Made by a program: the position numbers and the translations under genes
In this document: piece after piece, positions 40,532-50,786 of the stretch
Layout: each line of letters begins with the position of its first letter
How positions within the stretch are numbered: the stretch's first letter is position 1
The notes under the pieces: generated by a model
The model's database searches: none
Seen by the model: only the letters and a program-made list of their open reading frames with translations
Told to the model about the DNA's origin: nothing
DNA from: Ferroacidibacillus organovorans
GTDB lineage: Bacteria > Bacillota > Bacilli > Alicyclobacillales > SLC66
NCBI RefSeq assembly: GCF_001642725.1
Contig: NZ_LSUQ01000002.1
Span: 62,001-126,000, forward strand
Reading direction: 5' to 3'
DNA: 64,000 bases

Positions 40532-41482
40532 TTATTGATAAAACACAGATCGTTTTCCGATATAGCGTTGGATGAGCGTCAACACGAGGATGACAAAAAC
40601 GAGAATCACAGCCATAGCCGACGCATAAGAGTAGTGATTGTAAACAAATGCCGTCTCATAAATCAGGAAAAGACTCGTTGTCGTTGCGTACTCTGGCCCG
40701 CCGGTGCCACCCGTCAATGCATAGATCTGTGCAAAACTCTGCAGCGCGCCAAGCGTTGTGACGACGACAAGAAAGAAAATGGTGGGGGAAATCAGCGGCA
40801 AGGTGACTTGCCAGAATCTCCGCCACGCGCCTGCCCCATCCATCGCTGCCGCTTCAAGGACGGATTTTGGCAAACCAGCAATGGCTGACATGACAATCAC
40901 CACATCAAAACCGACACCGTGCCACAATGAATAGATGGCGATAGAAGGCATGGCCATACTTGGCGACTGCAGCCAACCGGACTCCGGCAATCCCAATCCG
41001 TGCAGCACACCGTTTGCCATCCCATACGTGGGATCAAAGATCCATAACCACCCGATCGCCGTCCCCACGGCTGGCGTTGCGTATGGCAGCAAAATGAGTG
41101 TGCGAATGACACCGTAATAGCGCGACGCTTTTTGGATTAACAAAGCGATGGACACGGACAGAATGAGGGTTCCCGGCACCATCAAAGCGGCAAAATAGAA
41201 TGTGTTCCACAGCGACTGCTGGAAAAGGTTAAACTGTAGCGCATCCGTAAAATTAGAAATTCCCGCCCATGTCGTATGAACACCCAGCAAATGATAGTGC
41301 CAAAACGCAAGACCAAACGCCATCACGGAAGGGACATACACAAAAACGGTCAAAAACAAGAGGGACGGGAGCAGAAACAAAACAGCCGTCCACAGATCTT
41401 TTCGCGTGCGACGACGTTTGGCTCGCCGCTTTGTTTCACCAGATCCGACGCGAGCCAAACGCATTTCATTGATCATCGCCAT
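40532..41482 (-). CDS. ABC permease (UgpA/MalF-like)
   Basis: LEAAAMDGA, LPLISPTIFF. Confidence 0.92.
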   Translation of the reverse strand: MAMINEMRLARVGSGETKRRAKRRRTRKDLWTAVLFLLPSLLFLTVFVYVPSVMAFGLAFWHYHLLGVHTTWAGISNFTDALQFNLFQQSLWNTFYFAALMVPGTLILSVSIALLIQKASRYYGVIRTLILLPYATPAVGTAIGWLWIFDPTYGMANGVLHGLGLPESGWLQSPSMAMPSIAIYSLWHGVGFDVVIVMSAIAGLPKSVLEAAAMDGAGAWRRFWQVTLPLISPTIFFLVVVTTLGALQSFAQIYALTGGTGGPEYATTTSLFLIYETAFVYNHYSYASAMAVILVFVILVLTLIQRYIGKRSVFYQ

Positions 41483-41485
41483 GCA

Positions 41486-42802
41486 CTACAGCCTCTGTTG
41501 GCCGTTCATGTATTGGTTGCCGCTGGCCGTCATATTTTTCAGCGCAGTGATTATCGATTCCTGTCCCAGCAGTCCTTTCATAAAGTCATTCATCATCGCC
41601 GATTTTGCGGCGCTGTACGTCGCATAGGGCGGCTTGATTACCCAGAACTTCGGATTGCTATAAGAAGCGTCCCAGGCAGGTTTCTTTGCGTAAAACTCTT
41701 TCATCTGTTCCAGGCCCGCAGGACCGAGTGGCAAATAATTCGTATGTTCGTTCCAGTACGTGTTATTTTGTGGGCTGGACATGAACTTTACAAACTCAAA
41801 AGAGGCTTGCTGCTGTGCTTTCGTCCCATCATTAAACATGGCAAGCGAAGCGCCATTGATGTAGTTGTAATTTCTCCCTGAAGGTCCAAAGGGAGCGGGC
41901 GCGGCCAGCATGGGAAACTTCCCGCCCACCGAGCTGAGATCGTAGGTGTATCCAGCGGATGCATCGATCAGCATGCCAACCTTGCCCGTTCCAAAATCCA
42001 ATTGGTAGTTGTAGCCTTGCGTTGGAATAAGGATCTTTTTCGCAACCATGTCACGCAACATCGATAAAGCCTTTTCAGCGCCCGGATTCACCAAATTGAA
42101 GTGATTACGCACAGGGTTGCTCCAGACCGTGCCGCCAAAATCCATCGTCATCGTAAAGAACTGGCGAACGGACGGAGTCCATTCAATTCCGTGATCATTT
42201 GGACTCAGTTTTGTAATCTTCGTGGCGTCTGCGACAACCTGCGCCCAAGTACGCGGTGCGCCAGACAAGTGAGCCTGTTTGAAAAGATCTGCATTATAGT
42301 AAAGAACGACGGCCGATTTTTTCTCGAGCGGCATAATGTACTGTTTTCCATTCGCGGATTGCATGTCTTTCCATACAGCCGGAAAATAATCATTCTTAAT
42401 TTGCGCAGGTGTCAATCCACTCTTGCTCAAAAGAAACGGCTTCAAGTTTAAAAGTGCGCCGGCATTGATGAAATTCTGTGCAGCGTCTGTTGCAATCATC
42501 GCCACATTCGGCGCCTTGCCTGCGAGAAAGGCGGCAACGCCTTTGCTGCTTGCGTGCACCACTTGCGCATCAACATGAATCCCAGGATGTGTCTCGTTGA
42601 ATCGCTTTACTTCCGCTTGATCCGCGAGAAGAAGCTGCCCAGAAGAGTGACCAAACCAAAACACGATGTGCACAACAGGTGAAGCAGGCGCATGTTTCTC
42701 CTTTGCGTAAGAAAGGCCTCCACTTGCGACCGATGCCAACAAAGCAATTGAAGCGGTAGTCACGAATGCTTTTTTCATACGAGAGCCAACATGGATTGAC
42801 AA
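41486..42802 (-). CDS. ABC substrate-binding protein (UgpB-like)
   Basis: FNETHPGIHV, LYYNADLF, PRTW, TNYLP; paralog-like to 32281-33564. Confidence 0.88.
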   Translation of the reverse strand: MSIHVGSRMKKAFVTTASIALLASVASGGLSYAKEKHAPASPVVHIVFWFGHSSGQLLLADQAEVKRFNETHPGIHVDAQVVHASSKGVAAFLAGKAPNVAMIATDAAQNFINAGALLNLKPFLLSKSGLTPAQIKNDYFPAVWKDMQSANGKQYIMPLEKKSAVVLYYNADLFKQAHLSGAPRTWAQVVADATKITKLSPNDHGIEWTPSVRQFFTMTMDFGGTVWSNPVRNHFNLVNPGAEKALSMLRDMVAKKILIPTQGYNYQLDFGTGKVGMLIDASAGYTYDLSSVGGKFPMLAAPAPFGPSGRNYNYINGASLAMFNDGTKAQQQASFEFVKFMSSPQNNTYWNEHTNYLPLGPAGLEQMKEFYAKKPAWDASYSNPKFWVIKPPYATYSAAKSAMMNDFMKGLLGQESIITALKNMTASGNQYMNGQQRL

Positions 42803-43047
42803 CCTTTTTACCCCCAGTCAGATTCAAATGATCTACCTGAAGTGTAAACAACGGTTGTAAAGTATTAATTTCGTAAGAGTATATGGATTGTTAATGTTTC
42901 GAAAAAATAACGTGCGACAAATCAACTTTTACGTTAGCCCGTACTAACAACATTTTATAGTCCGTTGTAACCTTTTTTGTCGCAATTGACTAACCGTAAA
43001 ATCATAGTGAATAATGTTCCCCAGAATCAAATTTCGGGGTGATTAAC

Positions 43048-43779
43048 ATGTCAACAGCTTCCGTAACATCAAGGCTAGACGATTTGCTCGGCAAACAAAA
43101 AAAGGTTTCTACGCCAGACTGGGTAGGGGACGCCGTCTATGGTGCTAATGATGGCCTTGGTGCAATCTTTGGCATCATCGCCGGGGTGGCAGGCTACACG
43201 GCAGCCGGACAAACGATTTTGATTTCCGGTCTATTCGGCGCGCTTGCAAGTACACTGTCCATGGCCGCCGGCGCATGGCTGGCGACAAAATCCGAGAACG
43301 AAATGATGGAGAGTGGATTTCGGAAGGCGAAAGAAGATATCACACGCAATCCACACAACGAACGTGAAATTCTTTCTCTCACGTATCAGTCAAAGGGCTT
43401 CGAGGAAGGATTGTCAGAGGCAATCATCTCAACCATTGTCGCAGATGAAACGAAATTCGTAGAGGCAGTTGCACAGGAAAAATATGGTGTTCACGAATCC
43501 CAGCGGGGAAATCCTTGGTCCTCGTCTCTGTATGGCGGCGTATCCACCTTGGTGGGTGGCATCATTCCATTAATTCCCTTCTTTTTTCTGCAAGGTCACC
43601 TCGCATTAATTGTCGCTGCCGTCATCAGCATTTTAGCGCATTTTCTCGTCGGCGCCGCAAAAAGTGTGGTCACTGTCCGCACTTGGTGGTCCAGTGGGCT
43701 GGAGATGACGGTTGTGGGCATCTTGGTGGGAACCGTTTCCTATGGATTGGGACTGCTCGGAAGTACCCTGATTGGGTAA
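43048..43779 (+). CDS. VIT1/CCC1 family Fe/Mn transporter
   Basis: DAVYGANDGL, SMAAGAWL, GGIIPLIPF. Confidence 0.9.
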   Translation: MSTASVTSRLDDLLGKQKKVSTPDWVGDAVYGANDGLGAIFGIIAGVAGYTAAGQTILISGLFGALASTLSMAAGAWLATKSENEMMESGFRKAKEDITRNPHNEREILSLTYQSKGFEEGLSEAIISTIVADETKFVEAVAQEKYGVHESQRGNPWSSSLYGGVSTLVGGIIPLIPFFFLQGHLALIVAAVISILAHFLVGAAKSVVTVRTWWSSGLEMTVVGILVGTVSYGLGLLGSTLIG

Positions 43780-43837
43780 TTCTCTCGCCGAAGCCAAATC
43801 CCCCCGATCTGCGGGGGGACTTCTTCAGTAAAAGAGA

Positions 43838-45208
43838 CTAGACACTCTTGAACAGCTTCCCAGGATTAAGGATTCCATTCGGATCAAACAGTTTTTTCAT
43901 CGCTTTCATATACGGTAACGTGTCTGCGTGTTCATCTGCGAGATAAGCCATCTTGCCAAGGCCAACCCCGTGTTCTCCCGTGCATGTCCCCCCGCGTTCG
44001 AGTGCGTAGCGGACAATCTGCCGATTGACTTCTTCGGCCACGCGCATCTCTTCTGCGTCTTCCGGGTTTACCATAAAGATCACATGGTAATTCCCGTCCC
44101 CGACATGCCCTAAAATGGCGCCATAGATCCCATACGCATCGATCGTCGCGCGCGCCGCGCGAATCGCCTGCGGCATTTCAGAAAGCGGGACACAAACGTC
44201 TGTGACCTTCATCTTTTTTTGCGGAGCGGTCTGAATCACGGCGAGCGCAGCGTCATGTCTGGCGTCCCACAATTGATTGCGCGCCTCAGTCTCTGTCTCA
44301 AACACAAAATCGACACACCCAAAATCATTACAAACCTCTTTGGCGATCGCCAGATCAGTCTGTACAGCTAAGGTACCCCCGTGAAATTCAAGAAACAATG
44401 TTGGATGCAAATCATAGCTTGTTCCTTTTGCTCGATTAACTGCGTCCATCGTAAGTTCATCCACAAGCTCGATTCGCCCAATGACAACTCCTGAGTTCAT
44501 CATGTGAAACGCCGCGTCACTCGCCGCCAAAAGATGGGGAAAGACAGCTCTCACCGCAACCGTCGTCTCCGGGATGGCGTACACGCGCAGCGTAAGCTCA
44601 GTAATGACACAAAGCGTTCCCTCGCTGCCTACAAAAAGACCCGTCAAGTGATACCCTGCCGACGACTTGAGTGAGAGACCACCGGTGCGGATGATCTCAC
44701 CATTTGCGAGCACCACCTCAAGATCTAGCACCTGAGATCGCATCACACCGTAGCGCACGGCAGTCGTCCCGCTCGCGTTGGTCGCAGCCATGCCGCCAAG
44801 CGTTGCGTCAGCACCAGGATCAAGCGGAAACTGCAAGCCATGGGATTTTAGTGCTTTATTCAATTGCGTACGTGTAACACCCGGTTGAACGCGCACCAAA
44901 AAATCCCGCGGACGAATCTCAAGAATCTGGTTCATCTGCGTCAAATCGAGGCTCACACCGCCCTCAACAGGAATGACGTGACCTTCGAGGCTCGTTCGCA
45001 CACCGCACGGCGTGACGGGTAGACGGTGCGAATCTGCAAACATCAACACCCGTCTCACATCTTCTCTCGATCTGGCGAAAACGACGACATCCGGTGATTG
45101 TGGCGCGGAGCAACTCAAATCTCGCCCGTAATGATCACGAATCGAGGCTCCCACGCTCACCTGTTCGGGATCTGAAACGAGTGCTGACAACGCGGATTGC
45201 AGTTCCAA
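43838..45208 (-). CDS. FAD-linked oxidase (GlcD / D-lactate dehydrogenase-like)
   Basis: DPGADATLGGM, GSEGTL, GHVGDGNYH, GEHGVG, DPNGILNPGK. Confidence 0.92.
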   Translation of the reverse strand: MELQSALSALVSDPEQVSVGASIRDHYGRDLSCSAPQSPDVVVFARSREDVRRVLMFADSHRLPVTPCGVRTSLEGHVIPVEGGVSLDLTQMNQILEIRPRDFLVRVQPGVTRTQLNKALKSHGLQFPLDPGADATLGGMAATNASGTTAVRYGVMRSQVLDLEVVLANGEIIRTGGLSLKSSAGYHLTGLFVGSEGTLCVITELTLRVYAIPETTVAVRAVFPHLLAASDAAFHMMNSGVVIGRIELVDELTMDAVNRAKGTSYDLHPTLFLEFHGGTLAVQTDLAIAKEVCNDFGCVDFVFETETEARNQLWDARHDAALAVIQTAPQKKMKVTDVCVPLSEMPQAIRAARATIDAYGIYGAILGHVGDGNYHVIFMVNPEDAEEMRVAEEVNRQIVRYALERGGTCTGEHGVGLGKMAYLADEHADTLPYMKAMKKLFDPNGILNPGKLFKSV

Positions 45209-45272
45209 GTGGAAACCTCCATTCTCACTTCCCGAATAACCCACTAGATATCGCAGACAATGTCGAAGTCAT

Positions 45273-46883
45273 TCAACTACGGGCATGCTCACTCTCACTT
45301 AAGCCCTGATAGGTATCGCGAAGTTCTCGCTTGAGGATCTTGCCACTCGGATTTTTCGGCAGCGCCTCCGCCAGAACGACATGCTTGGGAACTTTGAACT
45401 TGGACAAGTTGTCTTTGCAGGCCCCGAAGATCGCGTCCGTGTCCAGGAACGCGCCCGTCTTTGGTACAATGACCGCAGTCACCGCCTCAATCCAGTACGG
45501 GTCTGGAACCCCAATGACGGCCACCTCGGACACCCCTTCGATGGTGTACAGAAACTCTTCCACTTCCCGGCTTGAAACGTTGACGCCGCCGGTCTTGATC
45601 ATGTCCTTTTTGCGATCGACGACCGTGATATACCCTTCTTCATCCATCACTCCGAGATCCCCGCTATGAAACCAACCACCTTGAAACGCCTCCTCGGTTT
45701 TCTCCGGATTGTAGAGATACCCAAGCATCGCGTGACTTGTTCGATGGACGATTTCCCCTATCGTTCCGCGTGGCACCTCTTTCCCCCCTTCATCGACAAT
45801 TCGGGTCTCCACGTTCAAGGCTGGTTTCCCAGCAGACCCAAGCTTTCGCATTTGGTCTTCGGGTTGCAATACGGTGGCAAGCGGAGCTACTTCCGTCTGT
45901 CCATAAAAATTCCAGAATTTTGCCTGTGGCAAGCGGATGGACAACTCTTTCATAACCTCTCTCGGCATCATGGCGGCGCCGTAATAGCACTTTTCCAGGG
46001 AGGACAAATCGCGTTTCGCAAAATCGGGGTGACGCAACAAGGCAATCCATACCGTTGGTGGGCAAAATAACTGAGTCACCTTCTCTTGCTCTATCGTTTC
46101 CAATATGACGTCAGGTGCTGCTCCAGGCAGAATTACACCGGATGATCCGATATAAACCCCTGGCCCCAGAAAACAGTGTAACTGTGCACTGTGATACAAC
46201 GGCAATGCATGAATGGCAACATCACGTGCCTCCATCCCCCCATCAATTAGCGTACTTACGTATTCCCCCACCAAGTTGGCGTGCGTCAACATAACCCCTT
46301 TGGGCTTCGATTCTGTTCCGCTTGTGTAAAGGATGTGTGCAACATCTTCGTCTGACACATTTGATTCAAACAAGTCAGTTGGCATTTGCTCTCGACGGGC
46401 ACCCAAGGAGTTCCAATGGGACAAGTTGGAAGGTGCAATTTGTGTATCCATCAAGTAACGATTTGAAATGGAGATATCCGCAAGTTGACTGGCTTGATCG
46501 AGTAACTCAGCAAACTCAGTCGAAGCCAAGGAAACCTGTACTTTTGAGTGCTGAAGAATAAAAGCCAGATCGGGCACCGTGAGCATGTAGTTCATGGGAA
46601 CCATGACCGCGCCAAGCCGTGCTAAAGCGAAGTTGACTACGGCAAAATCCATACTATTGCGAGATAGCACGGCTGTCACTGTTCTGTATCCCACCCCATC
46701 CTCAGACAATGCCCATGCAGTCTGGTTCACCCGGTCGTCAAACTCTACATAAGACAGTCTTTCGCCCTTATACACCAAGGCTAAGCGATCAGGCGCCCTC
46801 ATTCGACTACGACGAAGCAAATCTGATAGGGTGTTGCGGCGCGCCCTGCGAATAGATGCGGTTACGTCATTCGTTAAACTCAT
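45273..46883 (-). CDS. Fatty acyl-CoA synthetase
   Basis: YTSGTESKPKG, YGQTE, SGDLG, DRKKDMIKTGG, PKNPSGKILK. Confidence 0.93.
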   Translation of the reverse strand: MSLTNDVTASIRRARRNTLSDLLRRSRMRAPDRLALVYKGERLSYVEFDDRVNQTAWALSEDGVGYRTVTAVLSRNSMDFAVVNFALARLGAVMVPMNYMLTVPDLAFILQHSKVQVSLASTEFAELLDQASQLADISISNRYLMDTQIAPSNLSHWNSLGARREQMPTDLFESNVSDEDVAHILYTSGTESKPKGVMLTHANLVGEYVSTLIDGGMEARDVAIHALPLYHSAQLHCFLGPGVYIGSSGVILPGAAPDVILETIEQEKVTQLFCPPTVWIALLRHPDFAKRDLSSLEKCYYGAAMMPREVMKELSIRLPQAKFWNFYGQTEVAPLATVLQPEDQMRKLGSAGKPALNVETRIVDEGGKEVPRGTIGEIVHRTSHAMLGYLYNPEKTEEAFQGGWFHSGDLGVMDEEGYITVVDRKKDMIKTGGVNVSSREVEEFLYTIEGVSEVAVIGVPDPYWIEAVTAVIVPKTGAFLDTDAIFGACKDNLSKFKVPKHVVLAEALPKNPSGKILKRELRDTYQGLSESEHARS

Positions 46884-47100
46884 GGTGTGCACCCTCCCCC
46901 GGTTCTATTTCTACCATTACTTTACATACTATTTCTTCTATTACATCGATTATAATCGGTATTTGCAATCGTCGAAATGCCCCGTTTCTACCATCACGGG
47001 TCCATATCAAGAGTCTGTACGACGCCCTCGAACAATGGGCGGCAGACGAGTTGCGCAGCGTCAATGCGATCTGTCAATCAAGCAGGTGCCAGTCTTCGTA

Positions 47101-47136
47101 AAAAAGGAAAGGCTGCCGAGATTTTCTCGACAGCCT
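47101..47136 (-). terminator. Intrinsic terminator
   Basis: AGGCTGTCGAGA-AAA-TCTCGGCAGCCT followed by TTCCTTTTT on the minus strand. Confidence 0.7.
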
Positions 47137-47207
47137 GAAGGCTCAGACAAACTCTACCGGAACCTGGTTTGAGTTAGTCTTTACGATGCGCGCAAACGAA
47201 ATGGTTG

Positions 47208-47609
47208 TTACTGAAGATGGTGACTGAGCAGCGTGATGATGGTAGTAAATAAGTTACTCATTTGCGCTCTAAGGTGAGAGAGTGAATTGGAAATCTCTGT
47301 AAGCATTTGACTGATCACATCCAGGTGCGACTGCTGTTGTGACAATATTCCGCCGTTTTGAGTCACTGTCGATTGAACATGGGACAAAGCGCCGCTGACG
47401 CTAGTCATCCATGTTGCCACGATCATCACCACACAGACGATCAGGGCAGAAATCAACCAAAAAAGGGTGTGACGTTTGCGAACAGCGTTCGTGCCGCGCA
47501 CGATGATAATCTGTGACGATGCTGGTGACCCCTTCCCTCGAGTCACCTTTTGCGTAGACACGGGGTCTTGTTCTGTCTTTTGAGTTGATTGGAACATGGA
47601 CTCATCCAT
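47208..47609 (-). CDS. Hypothetical single-pass membrane protein with coiled-coil tail
   Basis: GGAGG/AAAGG RBS, one hydrophobic helix, Gln/Ser-rich helical tail. Confidence 0.65.
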   Translation of the reverse strand: MDESMFQSTQKTEQDPVSTQKVTRGKGSPASSQIIIVRGTNAVRKRHTLFWLISALIVCVVMIVATWMTSVSGALSHVQSTVTQNGGILSQQQSHLDVISQMLTEISNSLSHLRAQMSNLFTTIITLLSHHLQ

Positions 47610-47779
47610 CTTTCCTTTCCCTCCTCCAGAAGACATAGTCAAAGTATTCGATGGAGTCGGCCATTTTGTGTCCGTCAGTATCGATATCCTCAAGCGCGGT
47701 GGACGAACACCTATTTCTTGTGCTTAGATGGAAGTATAGAAGACCATGAGTTTATGAAGATGGAGAGAGGGCGGACGAC

Positions 47780-48157
47780 ATGCGGTTGTGGCATCAGAAA
47801 TTGATTGGTGTCCTACCGCGTCAGCAACTGCTCGGTCAGCACCGTGAGTGCTGCGCGTTGCGTGGGGCAGGATGGATGAGACCCCACGCGACGGTTAACT
47901 ATGTGTTTGCACACCCGATCACGGATTTGGTGAGATATCATTGGTTGGTCATCGATGAGATGGAACACCGTGGCTATCACGTGGAGACCAGGTGGCGAGA
48001 AGTGGGATATCGCGGACAAAAGGTTCCCCCGGAGACTTTGGAAGTCGCTCTCCTCGCGTCGGATCAAATGATTTACCCGGAACATGACGAGGCGTATCTA
48101 CAGGAGTGCTTAGAGAATCTAGCGCGTAAAGGCGTTTTTCTATCCTCTCGATTTTGA
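47780..48157 (+). CDS. TIGR02328 family protein (pyrimidine-dimer glycosylase-like fold)
   Basis: MRLWH..LI..LPRQQLLGQHRECCALRG.GW...HATVNYVF...IYPEH...YL.ECLENL. Confidence 0.88.
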   Translation: MRLWHQKLIGVLPRQQLLGQHRECCALRGAGWMRPHATVNYVFAHPITDLVRYHWLVIDEMEHRGYHVETRWREVGYRGQKVPPETLEVALLASDQMIYPEHDEAYLQECLENLARKGVFLSSRF

Positions 48158-48422
48158 AATGTGCTAAGGTACGCCATGGAGTAAGGTTCGCTCCATGGCC
48201 ACCAGGTCCCTTTTTTCCAGATGTGTACTGTCGGACACGTCAAGCACACTTCATGAAGGTGTGATCACACAGACTGTGACAGCTTTTGTAAGCAAAATAG
48301 TCGACGCTCCCTTTGCCATCGATATTTTTCGGCTCTTTTCAACGGAATATGCGTGTTATTCTCCATAAAACTACAACACCTTACTCCCTACTTATGAACG
48401 TCTTATTATAGGGGTGATCCAT

Positions 48423-50399
48423 ATGGCTTCTCTCTCTTCGATGATTACATTTAAACGGTTGTCTGTAGAGAAACGCATTCTGAGTCTGATTACAACCATC
48501 ATCCTCGTCTTGCTTGTGATAGGTGCTTCCGTTTTTTATCGTAGCGTACAAGTTGTCGCAGCGCAAAAGGAAGTTTCAAACGATACCCATGTCATCGTGG
48601 ACCTAGACCAGGTGCTGATTAGTTTACTTGACATGGAGACAGGGCAACGTGGATTCCTTCTCACAGGGAATCCGGATTATCTTGCCCCATACCTTAGCGG
48701 TAAGCGCGTCATCGCAAAGAATATCGCCAATTTACGATTACGCCTCCAACAAAACAGCACATCTCCATCCCTTCTTACATCGTTGAATCAACACATCGCC
48801 AACAAAGAACGCGAACTAAAAACAACGATTCTTCTGCGGAAAAAACACGGGTTTTCGTCTTCCATACGGATTGTTGACACAAACTATGGTATCCAACAAA
48901 TGAATGAAATCCGTAAGGATCTCTCCATTTTAAGATCGATCTACTTACAACGCGTAACACAGGCACAAACCATAAGTCGTCAAGAAATGCACATTACGCT
49001 CTGGCTCATGATCATTGGAACTGTCGTATTCACATTTTTTCTATGGTTTGCGTATCGCCAAATCATCCTTGATTTACGTGCAAAACGATTGTTAACGGAA
49101 CGACTGGAACTAGAATCTAGTCATGATTCCTTGACACAGCTTCCTAATCGACGTTTTTTTCTGGATCGACTTCGCTATAGTCTCGATCTAGCCAAACGCG
49201 AAGGAGACAAACTTGCTCTGCTTTATATCGATCTCGATGGATTTAAGCCACTCAACGATGTTTTAGGTCACGCCTTTGGTGATCAGGCGCTCGTACTGGT
49301 ATCCAAACTCTTCCTTGGAGTAAAACGAGAAGGGGATGTTTTATCGCGATTAGGAGGCGACGAGTTTGCTATTCTCGCTCCACACGTAAACGATGAAAGT
49401 GAGATCACGGTGTTCGCCCAACGCTTGCTTGACGCTTTTTCTGATCCAGATATTCAACGCCTTTCTGTACGTTTGGGTGCCAGCATCGGAATCTCCTTTT
49501 TCCCTTCTGACGCGCATCGCGTTGACGATCTACTCCATGCGGCGGATGAAGCGATGTACCGTGCAAAACGATCAGGCGGACGTCAGTTCCAATTTTATCG
49601 TACCCAACTGACAGAAGAGCTAACTCGTGAACAGCGGCTGCGAAACGACTTACCCTCTGCACTAGAAAAAGGGGAAATTCAGGTATGGTACCAACCCTTT
49701 GTCAAAGCTTCAAATCAATGCATTACAGGTGCGGAGGCTCTCATTCGATGGCAACACCCGGATTTCGGTTTACTTTTACCCGGTGATTTCCTCCCGCAGG
49801 CCGAGAAAGCGGGATTACTGCCACGCATTGCTCAAGAAGTGATTCGAGTAAGCATAGCGGAACTTAAAACCTGGATTACGCTCAATCCAGATCTAACTCT
49901 TTCAATAAATTTGAGTGCGCAGGATTGCCTCTCGCCTGGTGTCATTCTATCAGCGCTTGAAACAGCACTTATCGAACATCACATTTCAGCACACCATGTA
50001 GAAATTGAGTTAACTGAGAGTTCTTTGATACGTCCAGAAGCGGATTATGTCATCCATGAGTTGCATCGTTTTGGCGTGCGACTTGCTATCGATGATTTTG
50101 GAACTGGATACGCATCACTTGAGTATTTAAGTCGGTTCCCGGTACAGAAAATTAAAATTGATCGGAGCTTTGTAAAACACTTACCTGATGACCCGTATCA
50201 TCAAAAATTGGTGCCAGCTATGGTAACAATGGCACACAGCCTCGAACTTGACGTTACAGCGGAAGGTATCGAAACCTTCGATCAGGAACAGTTCATGCAA
50301 GAGATTCAATGCGACTACTTGCAAGGCTATCGCTATGGCCGCCCCATGCAATCGACTGACTTTGTGAAAATGATCCAAACTTATCTTCCGAAGTCGTAA
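48423..50399 (+). CDS. CHASE3-GGDEF-EAL protein
   Basis: DMETGQRGFLLTG (CHASE3), two transmembrane helices, REGD I-site, GGDEF, EAL, DDFGTG. Confidence 0.93.
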   Translation: MASLSSMITFKRLSVEKRILSLITTIILVLLVIGASVFYRSVQVVAAQKEVSNDTHVIVDLDQVLISLLDMETGQRGFLLTGNPDYLAPYLSGKRVIAKNIANLRLRLQQNSTSPSLLTSLNQHIANKERELKTTILLRKKHGFSSSIRIVDTNYGIQQMNEIRKDLSILRSIYLQRVTQAQTISRQEMHITLWLMIIGTVVFTFFLWFAYRQIILDLRAKRLLTERLELESSHDSLTQLPNRRFFLDRLRYSLDLAKREGDKLALLYIDLDGFKPLNDVLGHAFGDQALVLVSKLFLGVKREGDVLSRLGGDEFAILAPHVNDESEITVFAQRLLDAFSDPDIQRLSVRLGASIGISFFPSDAHRVDDLLHAADEAMYRAKRSGGRQFQFYRTQLTEELTREQRLRNDLPSALEKGEIQVWYQPFVKASNQCITGAEALIRWQHPDFGLLLPGDFLPQAEKAGLLPRIAQEVIRVSIAELKTWITLNPDLTLSINLSAQDCLSPGVILSALETALIEHHISAHHVEIELTESSLIRPEADYVIHELHRFGVRLAIDDFGTGYASLEYLSRFPVQKIKIDRSFVKHLPDDPYHQKLVPAMVTMAHSLELDVTAEGIETFDQEQFMQEIQCDYLQGYRYGRPMQSTDFVKMIQTYLPKS

Positions 50400-50632
50400 C
50401 TGTCTTTATCATTGAAATTCCAATCATCTCAAAAGTGCTGTATTCCATCACCCAAGATGATATTAAAGTTGCCACAATGGGTAGTTTAAAAAAATATTTT
50501 TATGTAAAGCGTTTTAGTATGACACAGACCTTAATTCGAAACGAAGCGTGAAGGAATGCTTTTATTACTAAATAAGCAGGAAAATTGTCGATTTATGGCG
50601 AATATAGTCGATATAAGAATGGAAACTATTCA

Positions 50633-50713
50633 TTGGTAAAACTACGGAAACGTAGTGGCGCAAAGCTAGAGAGGCTTCGGCAATCACGATTGTCATGCCA
50701 GCCAGTTGCCGAA
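50633..50713 (+). ncRNA. c-di-GMP-I (GEMM) riboswitch
   Basis: GGTAAA-ACTACG-GAAA-CGTAGT-GGCGCAAAGC...ATGCCAGCCAGTTGCC matches GEMM architecture; G at the Vc2 G20-equivalent position. Confidence 0.88.
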
Positions 50714-50719
50714 TATCTA

Positions 50720-50756
50720 GGCGCCTGTTCAGCAAATTAGACAGGTGACTTTTTCT
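50720..50756 (+). terminator. Putative riboswitch expression-platform terminator
   Basis: CGCCTGT...ACAGGTG stem followed by ACTTTTTCT. Confidence 0.55.
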
Positions 50757-50786
50757 ATCCTTGAAATTTAGGAGGATGCACAAGGT

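Noticed and set aside
47110..47153. IS1182-like terminal sequence
   Set aside because: No transposase remnant nearby; explained as a terminator with a U-tract
50503..50516. cre-like TGTAAAGCGTTTTA (also 31460 and 58947-58960)
   Set aside because: Imperfect 3' half-sites; too weak to list as features
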